Below are positions 12,240 to 24,192 of a stretch of 64,000 nt of DNA, piece after piece; position 1 is the first letter of the stretch; each line of letters opens with the position of its first letter. This stretch comes from Psammoneis japonica (lineage: Eukaryota). A program made the position numbers and the translations under genes. The notes beneath the pieces are model-generated. The model ran no database searches. It was not told the origin of the DNA and saw only the letters and a list, made by a program, of their open reading frames with translations. The stretch lies in NCBI GenBank assembly GCA_008632985.1, contig QPGO01000024.1, forward strand, positions 248,001-312,000, in the 5' to 3' direction.

Positions 12240-13697
12240 AACCTAGAATGCACCTACTGCATCCAAATCCCTCGACTCAAATTGCAACTACATCATACAC
12301 CGGGAGCCCCAGCAGGAGGCTGTCCCGTTTGCTTTCCCGCTCTCTTAACTTCACCCACCAAAAAGAGCTTGTTAGCAAGGACGGTTGCAAGATGGCAGCA
12401 CTGTCTTTTGACACGGATGTTATCCCAGACTCCTCGTCAGCAGGAAGCATTAGGTCGCCAGTCTTACAGTCTAAACCCACTGGCAATCCTGAGGATTCAT
12501 CATCATCTTGCAACCTCAAGATGCTCTCTTGTACATCAAATCCAGAATTCTCCGCAAGAGTCTTTGGAACAAGCAAGAGTGCTTCCGCAAAGGCTTCTAC
12601 ACCAAGCTTTGCTTGTCCCTTTGTTGTCTTGATGATTTTTTTTGTCTGAGATGCGTGGATGTAGCCAGTTGAAGGCCCTGGCTCTCCTGGAGTGACAAAC
12701 CCATCCTCAGTGCCGCCATTCTTGACCACACAAAGTCCATCACCAAATGGCGCCCTTGATCCAGTTGATGGTGTGTGTTTGTTGGGTCCCTGCAGAAGGA
12801 GAGTGCAGCTCTTGGGATGATGACATTTCTCCACAAAGGCAATTTTGCCATCCCCTGGGGGGAGCAACTCCGCAGACCTTTCTTCCGGCCCATGAAAACT
12901 GCTCCTCATCCATGTGTGTTCAACCAAATGAGAATGAGAGAACCTCCACATGCCAAAGTGAGGTGCTCCGTGTTGCACTGCTTGGCATGGTGCAAGCATG
13001 AAATGCCTTCTTTTTTTTGGCAAAAATGTCAAGCGGCAAAATGGGTCAACTCCCTTTTGACCATCATGACAAATCTCTCACTCTGCTGCAAGCAGGAGCT
13101 GTTGTGACAATGATGTGTTGTGGGCTGGCACATCAAGGGCATGATGAGCAATGGAGCAACAGTGGCCATTCTAACCAGCTTTTCTTCTTGGTTTGCAGCA
13201 ACAAGAGACCACCCACAAGCATGATTTGTGGACGCAGCCCTTGGCGGCAAAAAGTGGCCTGCACGCTGCGGCAATTCTCTGTGCACAACAAACACTTGAG
13301 GTCATGCCAACATTGACTCCAGCTGTGCTGTCTTGAGAGGTTGGTGTGCTTGGGCCAAGCCAGCATGCACCTGCACATCAGCATGTGGTGCGCTGGCACG
13401 CACAGGTCAGGGGGTGCTGCTGCACCGGCAGATTGAGAGGCAGCACCCCCCTTGTTGTGCAAGAGAACAACCGCGCACTGCCATCTTTGGAGAGCTCAGT
13501 TCGTCCTGTGCCACTGACCAGCATCCTGAGAGTGCCCAGAGGTCTGAGGTTGCTCTTGACAATGCTCCACAGCCCCGCCCCCGGCTGAGATGCCCCATAA
13601 CAGGCATTGACTCAGAACTCAGAAGACTGCCCTCGTCTGCCCCGGGCATGACACAAATTTTGGCATTGGGGTTGAGTTCTTGAAGATGAGATGTCAT
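12240..13697 (-). pseudogene. CCT6: T-complex protein 1 zeta (CCT6) pseudogene
   Basis: Fragments in shifting frames: MTSHLQELNPNAK, VKSNLRPLGTLRMLVSGTGRTELSKDG, FVEKCHHPKSCTLLLQGPNKHT, KGQAKLGVEAFAEALLLVPKTLAENSGFDVQE. Multiple frameshifts. Confidence 0.85.
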
Positions 13698-13958
13698 GTT
13701 GCTGTTGCTGCTTCTGTCATTGAGAGTGCTGGATGAGAGAAAGTAAGAAACAACAACTCGAAGATGCGGGGCAGTTGGAGTGGGGGTCGAAGCAGGCAGG
13801 GTTGAAGATCGTGTCACCGCGCGATGCATCGCGCGAAATATGCGCGCCAAAACAAACGCAAGCCAGCCGAGCCCAAAATTTCTCGCACCGCAAATCAGAA
13901 GATCAGCCTCACGCCACACTGTTCAGCATTCAGCAGTTACAGTACGGCATCTATCACC

Positions 13959-16900
13959 ATGTCGGGTGAATATTTTGACGATGACGAGCTCATCGAGGAT
14001 GCTATGGAGGAGGAAATGGAGCCTCCTCTGGACTATGAAGATTTTGTGGAGCAGGAGATGCAACTGCAGCGACCTCAGCAAAGCGACAGAACCACAAATA
14101 CCGAACCGCCTCTAGCTCCAGCTTACGAGCACACAACAACCGAGGCAGTCACTGAGGACGTACAACCTCCCCCTTCAGCCGCTGCAGACCAGGAGGAAGA
14201 GCCATCCTTGCAGCATAAGTTGGTCGAAAAGACAGATTTGTACAAATTCGACCGGCAAGTAATCACAGACATCGTGTTTTGCGTATGCTGAAGCCTGTAT
14301 GTATCGCATCCTCTTATACGCTTTTCCTTTCTCTCTCCGAAAATGATTTATACTGTAGATACAGTGGCAGAAGTGAGTGGCGTAAGAAGCCAAAGCAATC
14401 AGATGACACCATGGTTGCCGAAACGTGGAAACGCGGGGAAGACAGCCTCCGAAACTCGACTGTGTTCAGTCGTCAGACAACTGCTCGTTTGCAAGCTGCA
14501 ACCCCAGAAGTGCAATTATTGGGATTCATAAACAAGGAATCATCCAAACCGCTATGCCTCAACAGGACGGAGTCGAGACGACTCAAAAGCCCAAAAGAGG
14601 GGATAACAGTATACCAATAACACTGGGAGATGGAACAGACTCTTTATTCCGTCACACCAAACTACAAGTCAGCTAGAGCGAGGCTCTGAAACAGGGAATA
14701 TGCTTGGCATTTCGATCAAGGAACTATTTCGTCGTTCCAATGCTATTTTGCGCAAAGCTGAACGGCAGAAACTACAGCAGCGTGCAACCAAACAGACCAC
14801 AACCACCAACGGTTCGCACAAGGAAACCGCTGACCATTCTCTTTGGGTGGACAAGCACGCACCGACAGTATTCTCTCACCTCTTATCAGCTGAACGGACC
14901 AACCGGGAGGTGCTTCGGGCGCTTCGTGGATGGGATCCCTACGTTTTTCACCGAGACCCTCCACCACGTCCTGCCATTGTACAACAAGCTCGTGACGAAT
15001 TTCTACAAAAGCAGCAGACGCCGCAAAATGACGCTCCAGCCGTCTCCAACCCAAAAGACACTCGTCCCGACATGTCAAACCGCGTCATTCTCTTGTCGGG
15101 GCCTCCTGGTGTTGGAAAAACAACTTTGGCTCATATAGTTGCTCGCCATGCTGGATACCGACCGATGGAAATCAACGCGTCTGACGAACGATCGGCCTCG
15201 GTTCTCAAGGAGCGGGTGCTACGTGGTATGGAGTCTGCCACTCTCAACATGGCCAAAAACCACGTCAACGCGCCGAATTGTTTGATTCTCGATGAAATCG
15301 ATGGAGCCGACGCTCGCGGGGCTGTTGCGACACTTGTGGAACTTATCAAGGAGGAAATGCCCAGTCGCAGTGGCAACAACAACTCCCGCAAGAAGAAACA
15401 AAATCCTTACCTTCGTCGTCCCATCATCTTTATTTGTAACCACAAGTTTGCACCGGCACTGAGACCGCTCTTGCCATACGCCATGCAGTTTGATGTCAGT
15501 CCACCGTCTCCCACTCGTCTCGTTGCGAGACTCCGGGCTGTGTTGAGCCAAGAGCGTTTGAATTCGACTGGCGCCTTGTTGCATCAATTGGTCACAGGGA
15601 CGGGAGGTGATATTCGTTCTTGTCTGTACACCTTGCAGTTCGCGGCAGCAAGGGCTCGGGAGTTGGCAAGACTGTCCGAGAAGGATCAAAGTCATGCAAC
15701 GGTGGAAATTTCAAAGGCTCTGGGCATGGCGCTTGGTGACACGGGCAATGGGCTCAAAGACGAACGCAACGACGTGGCCGGTGCCATCTCTGCCGTGTTT
15801 CGAAAACAGAAGAAACCACGTCTCATAGACAGTGCCTCAAGCTCCACCTCGAGCGTGGGGTTGGACCGAATCTTGCAGAGCGTCGAGGTGAGTCTTCCGC
15901 TCATTGAGTTCCTCGTTCCTCGTCGTACATTGAGCCTTAGTACCTAAGCGTTTTTTGCATTGCGTATAGAATTTCGGAGACAATTCAAAGACGCTAGATT
16001 GCCTCTTTACCAACCTTTTGCGCGTTTCCTTCGTGGATCCTACCCTCGACAAGTGTTTTGCGGCTCACGAGTGGTTGTCTAGTGCTGATATTTATCGCTC
16101 TCAAAAGACATCCGTGGCATCCAACAACCACATGGAGCATCACACCCTGCAGCGGAACTACATGCCAGCTGCTGCCGCCGCAGTTCATTTGTTTTGTCGG
16201 GTCGAGACAAAGTCGGACCTTGTTTTCTCCACCCGGCAACTAACGGATTCACGATATTTGCTGGAGGCCAATGAGGGACTAGTACACAAGTTTATCGAGG
16301 GATTGGCACCGAAAGCGAGGACGGGTGCGGTTGGAAATAATGTCGTGACAGAGACCATTCCTTACGCCTTGTGGATGCTGTCAGCTGGAGAGGGCAGCTC
16401 CTCCTTGGATCGAGCCGTGTCCACCTTGGAGGTATTGAGCAAACACGAAGTCATTGCCTTTCAGGCTCATGTATCGACGCTTCGAGCTTTGGGCCTCACC
16501 TACGTTGCAGAAGAACAGCAGAGTGTGGATTCGTTATCCCATGCAAAGATGAGGCTTGAACCTGAGATTGATCGGATTGTAAAGTTTGAAGAAATGTCGG
16601 AAGGAAATCTGAGAAAGCAAATCCCATCCACGGTGAGTGCCGATGTTTTGTTCCCATGTTGCATATTCTTTAGCTTATTGTCGGCAATTCTGTCTACTTA
16701 AATGACAGTTAAAAGAGCTCCTTGCTTATCGCGCTTCGCACGAGAAATTGAAAGAACGAGATTCAGCCTTAAATACTGACCCAAAGCATGATGCAACGGG
16801 AAGGGAAATTGCTGTGACGGGCGACAGCTCAAGAGGTGGAAAAGAACCCATGATAGTTCAAGAGGGACCGATCGCCCCAGAGAAAACCGCGAAGCACAAA

Positions 16901-17267
16901 ATATGCGCTAACAAGAACACGGATCCTCCACCGAAGCGACCCAAGGTACGAGGCAAACAGGCTGCGACTTACGTGTTCAAAGCTTACGCATTCTCTGTAT
17001 GTCTTAATCTTTCTAATTTTACCATTGCGGAAATTGTCCCTCCAGACGCAATCGGTGGGAGTCAACTTTTTGGGGATTGGTGCTGCGAAAGCAAAAGCTG
17101 CCAAGACTGCAAGAAAGGCGATGCAAGTTGGTTTCGATCGATCGAAAAAAGTCAAGTTGTCAAATAGCGGCAGTGGGGTTGAATACAAGAATGTAGTTCG
17201 TTTCAAGTTCTCTCGTGGTTTCACTCAGGCGGTTCGGACGCCCTGTCGACTAGAAGACCTCAAGTAA
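13959..17267 (+). CDS. CTF18: Chromosome transmission fidelity protein 18 (RFC-like AAA+ ATPase), multi-exon
   Basis: LWVDKHAP, Walker [35 protein letters not shown] and C-terminal [10 protein letters not shown]. Frame-consistent introns at 14255-14358 (GC-AG), 15888-15969, 16633-16708 and 16946-17045. Apparent frame disruption at ~14590-14640. Confidence 0.9.
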
Positions 17268-17282
17268 AATCGGGGTAAAAAA

Positions 17283-18284
17283 TCAGAACGTATCGTTTAG
17301 CACTTGATCCTCGTCAAGAACAACAGAGAATGAGTTTCTGTACTTCTTCCCTCTCCGAATGATCGTTTCTCTAGTCCATTTGTCGTCTAGGCAGCGCTCG
17401 GTAGCTCCTTCCGGTCGTCGTAGTACGAAAAATGCAACCTTTGGGGATTCTCTCGTCTCTTCAACTTCAAAGCCGATACCACCATTGGTCGACAACATGC
17501 TGAGGAAAAGCTCCGGAGTTGTATGTGGAGATTGGATCAAACAAAGTTTGGGAAGTGTGAGAAATAACAAGCCGCCGGGTCGAAGGTGATGAAACAGTCT
17601 CGCCAGCATGCAACCCCGGTCTTTTGCGGTTGTGACGCAGTTGATCACCATTGAACAAACCGCAACGTCGTATCGCTCTGAGACGTCCCTGTGCAGCAGA
17701 GGAAGCTGCAGAAAATCCATTTCCTCAATGCCTTGGTGACAAGAGTGCAAGTCTATGGCTCGGACGTTCAAATTGTATTTGAGTTGCGTCTTGTCCCACT
17801 CCATGATTGTAGAGCCATCTGAACCTTTGTCAACTCTTTTGACTTCGGCAGCAGCATCCAAAAGCTCGGTATTAATTGCCCCTACTTCCAAGAGTCTCAG
17901 GTGTCGTCGCGGTAGTTTTCTTCTCTTTGTCGAAGTTTGCGTGTGCACTTCACCATTATTTGTTTGCACAGTGATTCCATAGAGCCACCCGCACCTCTCT
18001 AGAAAGCCTAAAACCCATCTACTGGTTGAATGATATGAAGTGCTCAGTTGGCTGGCTCGTTGGTATTCCAACCGACCACCCATTGCTTCAATCTCATCGT
18101 CAAGTCGTTTTGCTTCTGGCAAGTCGCCTTTGCGTACTGCCAAGTCCTTCTCTCTCGTCAATTTATGAAACGTAGACGTGATTACCCTCGCTCTCTTTCT
18201 TGATCGCATTTGAGGCGGAGCCAATGGTATGGCCTGCTGCTTGCCGGCTCTCCCCTTCTTCTTGTTGCCTTTGTTTTTTCTCAT
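17283..18284 (-). CDS. BMT2: 25S rRNA adenine-N1 methyltransferase Bmt2-like
   Basis: STSRWVL, LRLLEVGA, AIDL, IEEMDFLQLP, YDVAVCSMVINCV and LRPGGLLFLTLP. ATG taken at 18284. Confidence 0.8.
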   Translation of the reverse strand: MRKNKGNKKKGRAGKQQAIPLAPPQMRSRKRARVITSTFHKLTREKDLAVRKGDLPEAKRLDDEIEAMGGRLEYQRASQLSTSYHSTSRWVLGFLERCGWLYGITVQTNNGEVHTQTSTKRRKLPRRHLRLLEVGAINTELLDAAAEVKRVDKGSDGSTIMEWDKTQLKYNLNVRAIDLHSCHQGIEEMDFLQLPLLHRDVSERYDVAVCSMVINCVTTAKDRGCMLARLFHHLRPGGLLFLTLPKLCLIQSPHTTPELFLSMLSTNGGIGFEVEETRESPKVAFFVLRRPEGATERCLDDKWTRETIIRRGKKYRNSFSVVLDEDQVLNDTF

Positions 18285-18666
18285 CGTCAATACAGTGTAT
18301 GTAACCCGCACCTCCACCCTCAACTGGCTCCCACGCCATGTACCGGGATTTTCACGATTTTGTGGCGGCAAAACTGGAACCGGGGCGGCGTCCAGACTGT
18401 TGAAATGAAATATTTTAAATGATGGATATATTATTATTTATCTTACCCAATTCAAATCGCATCGCATCAGTTTTTTTCTCTCAAACGAAAGAAGCGAAGA
18501 TCGAAGCAAGATAGACAGCGACGAGACGTACGAGGCTGTTATGTTTGGCGTTTCGCTTGCTATTCCTTTTACGAGTAGGTCTTACGTAGGTTTCATCGTA
18601 GCGCTTCCTTGATTTATAAACGGTTAGTTTCTTGTTTTGCGGTTTAGAGAAGTTGTTAGTTACCGG

Positions 18667-19632
18667 ATGAACGAATTCAGCGGAGGCCTTGACACCGACA
18701 ACAAATCAGAAGAGCTGTGCAGGCTCTTCTCGTCAACAGTTTCGTCCCTTTCAGCAGATACTGAGGCGCTCAAACAATTGTTGTGTCTGAAGCAAATGAT
18801 TGCAATAAATGATATGAGCACAATCAATAGAGAAAACATGGAGCCTAATCGCCCAAATGAACGCAGAGACGCGAAGGTCGCGAGCTCCAATGCCACCATT
18901 GTGGACCTTTTCCAGATTGACAATGTCGTTACCGACTTGGAGAACAAGCTGCACGATCTGAGAGAGATTGTTGCAGAGGAACAGCGTGCGTTGAAGAAAT
19001 TAGAATCCGTGAAAATTGCCGCGGAAGCACAGAAGGAGGTGTTGGAGTACATGGTTGAAGAATGCAGAGACGTGCCACTTCCGGGAGATTCGAAGCCGTC
19101 GAGGTCACGGAAGAGTAGCCTTTCGTCTCGCGTCAACATTTCTCAACGCGAATCTACAGTAGAGAGAGCACATCCGCAGAGACGCGATCAAATGAGAAAC
19201 TCCTTGAGTATTCGTCGAGTTTCAGTCTCAGAGTTCAACAACGTACCGAGAACCCTCCGTGGCCGAGTAACTCTTATGGACATCAACGGCGCCTTGGAAG
19301 ACATTGAAAATGTTTGCAAATCCAAGTATGATGCTCTCTATCATCACAAAAAGTCGGCTGAACAGCTTATTCACTGTGGACGAAGCCAACACATAATGGC
19401 GTCGGCGCAAGACCGGCAGCAGGTTCAGCGCCACTACGAGTTGTTGACAGAGGAACACGAGGATCTTCCATGGGTAGCAGAAGTAGATCTAAGGCATTCT
19501 TGTGCTTTCTTTCGAATAGGAGAAAGCACAGCCAGGGCTATCCTTTCTGTGCTGCGAAGTCTCAAACGGCTCAAGCAGGTTCCTGGCAAGAAGACGTCCG
19601 AAGTTACTTACATTGTACTTGGTAGCAAATGA
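18667..19632 (+). CDS. SKA1: Spindle and kinetochore-associated protein 1
   Basis: N-terminal coiled coil. C-terminal EFNNVPRTLRGRVTLMDIN...KSKY...AEVDLR...ARAILSVLRSLKRLKQV is typical of the SKA1 microtubule-binding domain. Confidence 0.8.
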   Translation: MNEFSGGLDTDNKSEELCRLFSSTVSSLSADTEALKQLLCLKQMIAINDMSTINRENMEPNRPNERRDAKVASSNATIVDLFQIDNVVTDLENKLHDLREIVAEEQRALKKLESVKIAAEAQKEVLEYMVEECRDVPLPGDSKPSRSRKSSLSSRVNISQRESTVERAHPQRRDQMRNSLSIRRVSVSEFNNVPRTLRGRVTLMDINGALEDIENVCKSKYDALYHHKKSAEQLIHCGRSQHIMASAQDRQQVQRHYELLTEEHEDLPWVAEVDLRHSCAFFRIGESTARAILSVLRSLKRLKQVPGKKTSEVTYIVLGSK

Positions 19633-20171
19633 TGTACAACATTGTTGTTTCGGGCTCCGACTCCAGTTGTTTTTATAACGATGATAGCACACCCGTACTG
19701 ATAATACGTTCTCGACGTCTCAAAGGCGGCTACACTATTTCCTTGCGCTTGTAATATCTTTCGAACCGCTTCGACCTGTTCCTTTCGTTCAAGATGGTTA
19801 GGATTTACGGTACATGTTTCAGGGTCGGTCTTTCCAACGCTACTCAGTAGTCCAGCCTCTGCATTGATACATGGATAAGTTGGGGCGATCTTTAGTCTTC
19901 GTAAGATGGAGTAATTTGAAATCACCGAACCGTGGAGAGAGGAAACGAGGATAGAATCGCACGATACGACTAGAAGAGATCCTCAGAGCAAGTGGACAGC
20001 ACGGCAGGTTTCAATTACGTCTGCGCAAAATCTTTTGGACTAATTTACACTCTCACTATTAGTAAGCCACAATAAGGGCGACAAAGCTTTTCTAGGTAGA
20101 GCATTCTGTTGGTAGACGCTCTGGGAGAGAGGGGAAATCAACTATCATAGAGAGGTGCTTCAGGAATTGTC

Positions 20172-21573
20172 TTACAGTCCAGCGCCCAGGAGCGCAAAGC
20201 TTATTCCGAGTCCAAGTAGAATCGAAGAACTAAAACAAACATTGCCGAGGCTGGTCTGTTTCGGTATGCTGCCATCGACCACCTGACCTTCCAATGAAGA
20301 CAACAGGTCGGGTGCAAGCTGATAGCAAGCTGTAGCGAAGTATCCGGAGGTGAACGCAAACGCAGCAACACCTAACGTGATAGCGAAATCGCTTCGTGGC
20401 AGGGTGTCTTCTCCCCAAGCTGAAGCATAAAGGAAGAAGTAAGGACAGCAGCATGATCGCACAATGGCCAAAAAGCCAACACAGGAAATTGATGACGGTT
20501 TTAATAGCAGGGTAGCCGGTCGTCCAAGTAGATCAGAGAAGAGTCGTGTGTAAAACAGAATTTGCGGGAGAGAGTGGTTGGATGGGTTCGTGCTGGTGAA
20601 TCGATTGAACCACGAAGCCACCGACATTGAAGATGCCACGGTCACCATAAGGGCGGCACAAGCTGGCCATGTCTTAAGCCATATTTCTTTGCTGGTCAGT
20701 TCACCATTGATGTTCAAGCTCTGTTCCTCATTCTCAAGTAGTGGCGATTCATCCGCGTCAAGTTCTCCATCGGACGTGTTCTGTTCAGTTCCTTGAGTCA
20801 AGAGTGGTTCAGACATACGTTCCGTTGAGGAGTAGTAGGCCATCATGACAGATGCTCCGATTGATGAATCCCGCTGCCTCATTGAAAGCCACACGCCGTG
20901 ACTATGCCGCATGAGGATAGCGAACCCAACCCAACAGAGAACGACAATTCCCGCAATCGACAAATAGAACGGCACGAGGCCGGAAGACGCGCTGCTTCCC
21001 CCAAAAACCCGTCAACATCGAAGCCACAAGAACCAGTCCAGCAGATGCTTGCATCCCACCTGAAACAGCAGCTGGGAGCGTCTTGCATTCAGGATATACA
21101 AAGCAAGCCATTTGCTTCATCGTGCCATGAAGCACACTTGCCGCAAGACCTAAAGCAAAAGTGACAAGCGACAGTAATGCCAAATTGTAGCTCACGAGAG
21201 GTATGAGCAGCACAGACAGAAGCGAGAACGCGAATCCAAACTCTCCGCGAAAAGAATAAGTGCGGAGACTATTGAATTGGCGGTCAAAGTAAGAATCCCA
21301 CCGGGCTTGAGCCATTGTGACCGGCAGCATGGGGAAAAATACAGCCAGATTCAAGTATAAAAATGAATTCATTCCTAACGTTTCTGAGTAGAAAACCAAG
21401 CTAGAAAGTACGGCAGTCCATCCAACCGTGGAGCCAACGCCACACAGGAAAAAGAGGAAGATTTCAGTTTTCTGGGCTTGGCCCCGTGATCGTTGAGATT
21501 GGGTATCGTCCGGAGAAGCCATTCTCTCGCTGCTGGTATTTTGCGAGAGTAGGAGCGGCGACATCGTCTGCAA
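20172..21573 (-). CDS. Equilibrative nucleoside transporter-like membrane protein (apparent frameshift at ~21000)
   Basis: Two overlapping hydrophobic ORFs with FFLCGVGSTVGWTAVLS, AVSGGMQASAGLV, SDLLGRP and FAFTSGYFAT. The frame changes in a T/G homopolymer run. Confidence 0.7.
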
Positions 21574-22264
21574 TTCCCTCTCAGCCGGTACCCTGCCTTC
21601 TAATTTCTACTCCTGCTGCTGATCCATCTCAAATAGCAATAATGAGTGGTGAGTTCTCCTAGTGTGTCCGTTCTGTGTGTGAGGATGGAACGAAGTGAGA
21701 TGCACAGCACGGTGCGGCTGTCGGCTGCAACTCCCTCGCAATTTGCCAACAACTCAGATTGCCACGTGTCGTTACAGTAGTTGACACGGCGTGCAGACGT
21801 CAATCGCGCACGCTTGGCTGGCTGGATAGCTAGTAGCTAGACTAGGATGGAGGGCGGCCTGTTGTTGTGTTACTGCAAGTGATTAGGTAGGAACAGATCA
21901 TGAGGGTGAGCACAAGGGTCAAAGCGAAACAATATTATCAATAGCAATGCAACACAAAGGCTGTGGCTGGTGGCTCTCGATCTCAAAGATTGAACTTCCA
22001 GAGTGTTTTGCAACGTCAAGTTGTTTAAAAAAAATCGTCGTCATTGCCATTGTCCGAATTCGGCGAATGTTCTTCAATGTGCGTCAAACATCAGAACCAC
22101 AGGATATAATCGTCTCCATGAAGCATGAAAGCTTATCAGGAATAATGAAAAGTTAAAAGTATATCGTCTTCATCACTTGTTGACGCACATTGAGATGCCA
22201 GTAACATTCGGAAAAACCACCCATGTTTCGATAGCGTAGCTTTTGTGACGTACCATTATCCGGT

Positions 22265-23132
22265 CTATGTATCAAACGCACTTGCAACTGCGGCGTGCCC
22301 CGTCCTTGCAGCCAGGTGTGTTGAAGCATGTTCCCGAATTGCAGCTTGAAGAACGTCGAAGACAGTACGACAGGCCTCCAAGCCCGAGTCCAGCACTTGC
22401 TGCATCACATTGAGGTTCGGCAGACGAGCTTCGCACTGAGACAGGACGACGGTCCCCCTCTGCGGCATGCACGCGACTGGCATGTATACGGCAGCCGTCA
22501 TATCCTGACCAAGCTCCTCTATTCGATTCAGGTCAACAATCGGTGCCTCATTCTGCCATCCGGCGGAACAACTGCACACCAAGTCTCGCATCGGAACGCC
22601 AGCATGAACCAGAGCGCAAGTTGTAGCATTGACAGCTGCGCATAATCGGCCACCGTCGTCGGCTAATACCCAAACAATAATTTCAATCTTTGATTTGGGA
22701 AAGAGCCTCACTAATACAGATGATTCCATCGCCTTCTTCAGCAAGTTAGAATGTTCCACCAGACGCCGATCTGTGTTTGGGTTTGCTACGCGTCGATCGG
22801 TGGAAGGAGCAAAGGGCGCTGACTTGACCGTCACATCTATGATAGCGCTAAAAGCATGATATCCGCAAGTCAGTCAACTTTGACAGAAAATAGCCGCAAC
22901 GCAACGCAACGTACCGATCCGACAGTTCATCTGATCGCCTCGTGCACTCCGTAGGCCCACGTACTGTAGCCAACACAACGGTTAATCCCATTTCTACCAA
23001 CGCACTCCCCGCCACATCCTTGTCAGGTAGTGGACCCATCTGAATCCTCATACGTCTAATTTCGTGTGGCTTTCGACCATCGTTGCGCAAGTTCGACAGT
23101 GCCAGAAGATCGGCTCGTCTCAGAGATGTCAT
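22265..23132 (-). CDS. RRP41: Exosome complex component RRP41 (RNase PH family), one intron at ~22849-22914
   Basis: LRNDGRKPHEIR, GSALVEMGLTVVLATVRGP, FPKSKIEIIVWVLADDGG, AGVPMRDLVCSCSAG. Confidence 0.9.
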
Positions 23133-24192
23133 TGTACAACAAGAACTTCTATTGAAATAGAGCAAGAGGAACTGTCTTCAATTCCTATTCTTATCCTCTC
23201 AGAAGTACGCTTTTCTGTTACGACTTTCACGAAGCGTGGTGCGTCGGTATCAGGTATCAGGGACGGAAGATCTCGACCACACATCACCATTGCGGCCGCA
23301 ATCAATTTTCAGCGTCTTTGAAAGCATATTCAAAGCTGATAACCTGTTACAGTACACTGTACGTAGAGCTTGTACCAGACAGAAACCGGATCTAAGCATA
23401 GCTAAAGTACGTTCAATTCTACGGGGAGTTGCAGGAAAAAACGTCTACGCATGGTTCCACGCGTTTTTTCCCTAAAAAGGCGCCACCAGCCCGCGCCGCA
23501 GATAGCTGGCTACTAGTCCCACTACTAGCAGTAGCTAGAGTGGAGAGAGCAGGGCCCTACAGAAACGAACCCACTGTATGTACCGGGCGGCCGTACTGTA
23601 CTGCACCTACCAGAGAAAGAGAGCAGACGATTACGACGACTGCCAGCATGCCGCACGTACGTCGTACGTGCAACAGCGAAAAGCCAAAGGCGTGAGCACT
23701 GCTGCACTCGTACTGCCGAGTTCATCACCGAGTCAAACTACAGTCTACTCTGCTAGCTAGAGCAGGCCCTGCTGCTGCTACAGTAGCAGCTGTGCTAAGA
23801 CTGTTATTGAAAGAATATTTTGTTGTGCCAATCAGTCACTAATGATCCTAAATCCCAATCTGTGCATTGTGTCAAATGCGCGCGCATCCTGTCCGCTGGC
23901 GTCCAGCTGCCCTGTGTTTGTGCCAGGCGCTGAAAAAGAAGATGTGTTACGACTCTGTCGTTGTGAAAATTATGAGCTAGTTTAGAGTAGAGAAAATGGG
24001 ATCGTGCGAACAGGGAATCTTGCCAAATCCCTGTTCGTTCGCACTTGGATCGCATCAAATCGATCGTGCGCTCGCATTGTGGATCGTGCGAATCAAGCCA
24101 TCATGCGCCATGCACGAGTGATGTCATCGTGTGGAATCACGCTACCATCGTGGGCCAGACGACGGGCTAGTGTGCTTCACACGGATGCTCTC

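Noticed and set aside
19608..19925. Small minus-strand ORF as a gene
   Set aside because: No recognisable motif and a non-ATG start.
20975..21010. Programmed frameshift in the ENT-like gene
   Set aside because: The shift falls in a homopolymer run, so an assembly indel is more likely.
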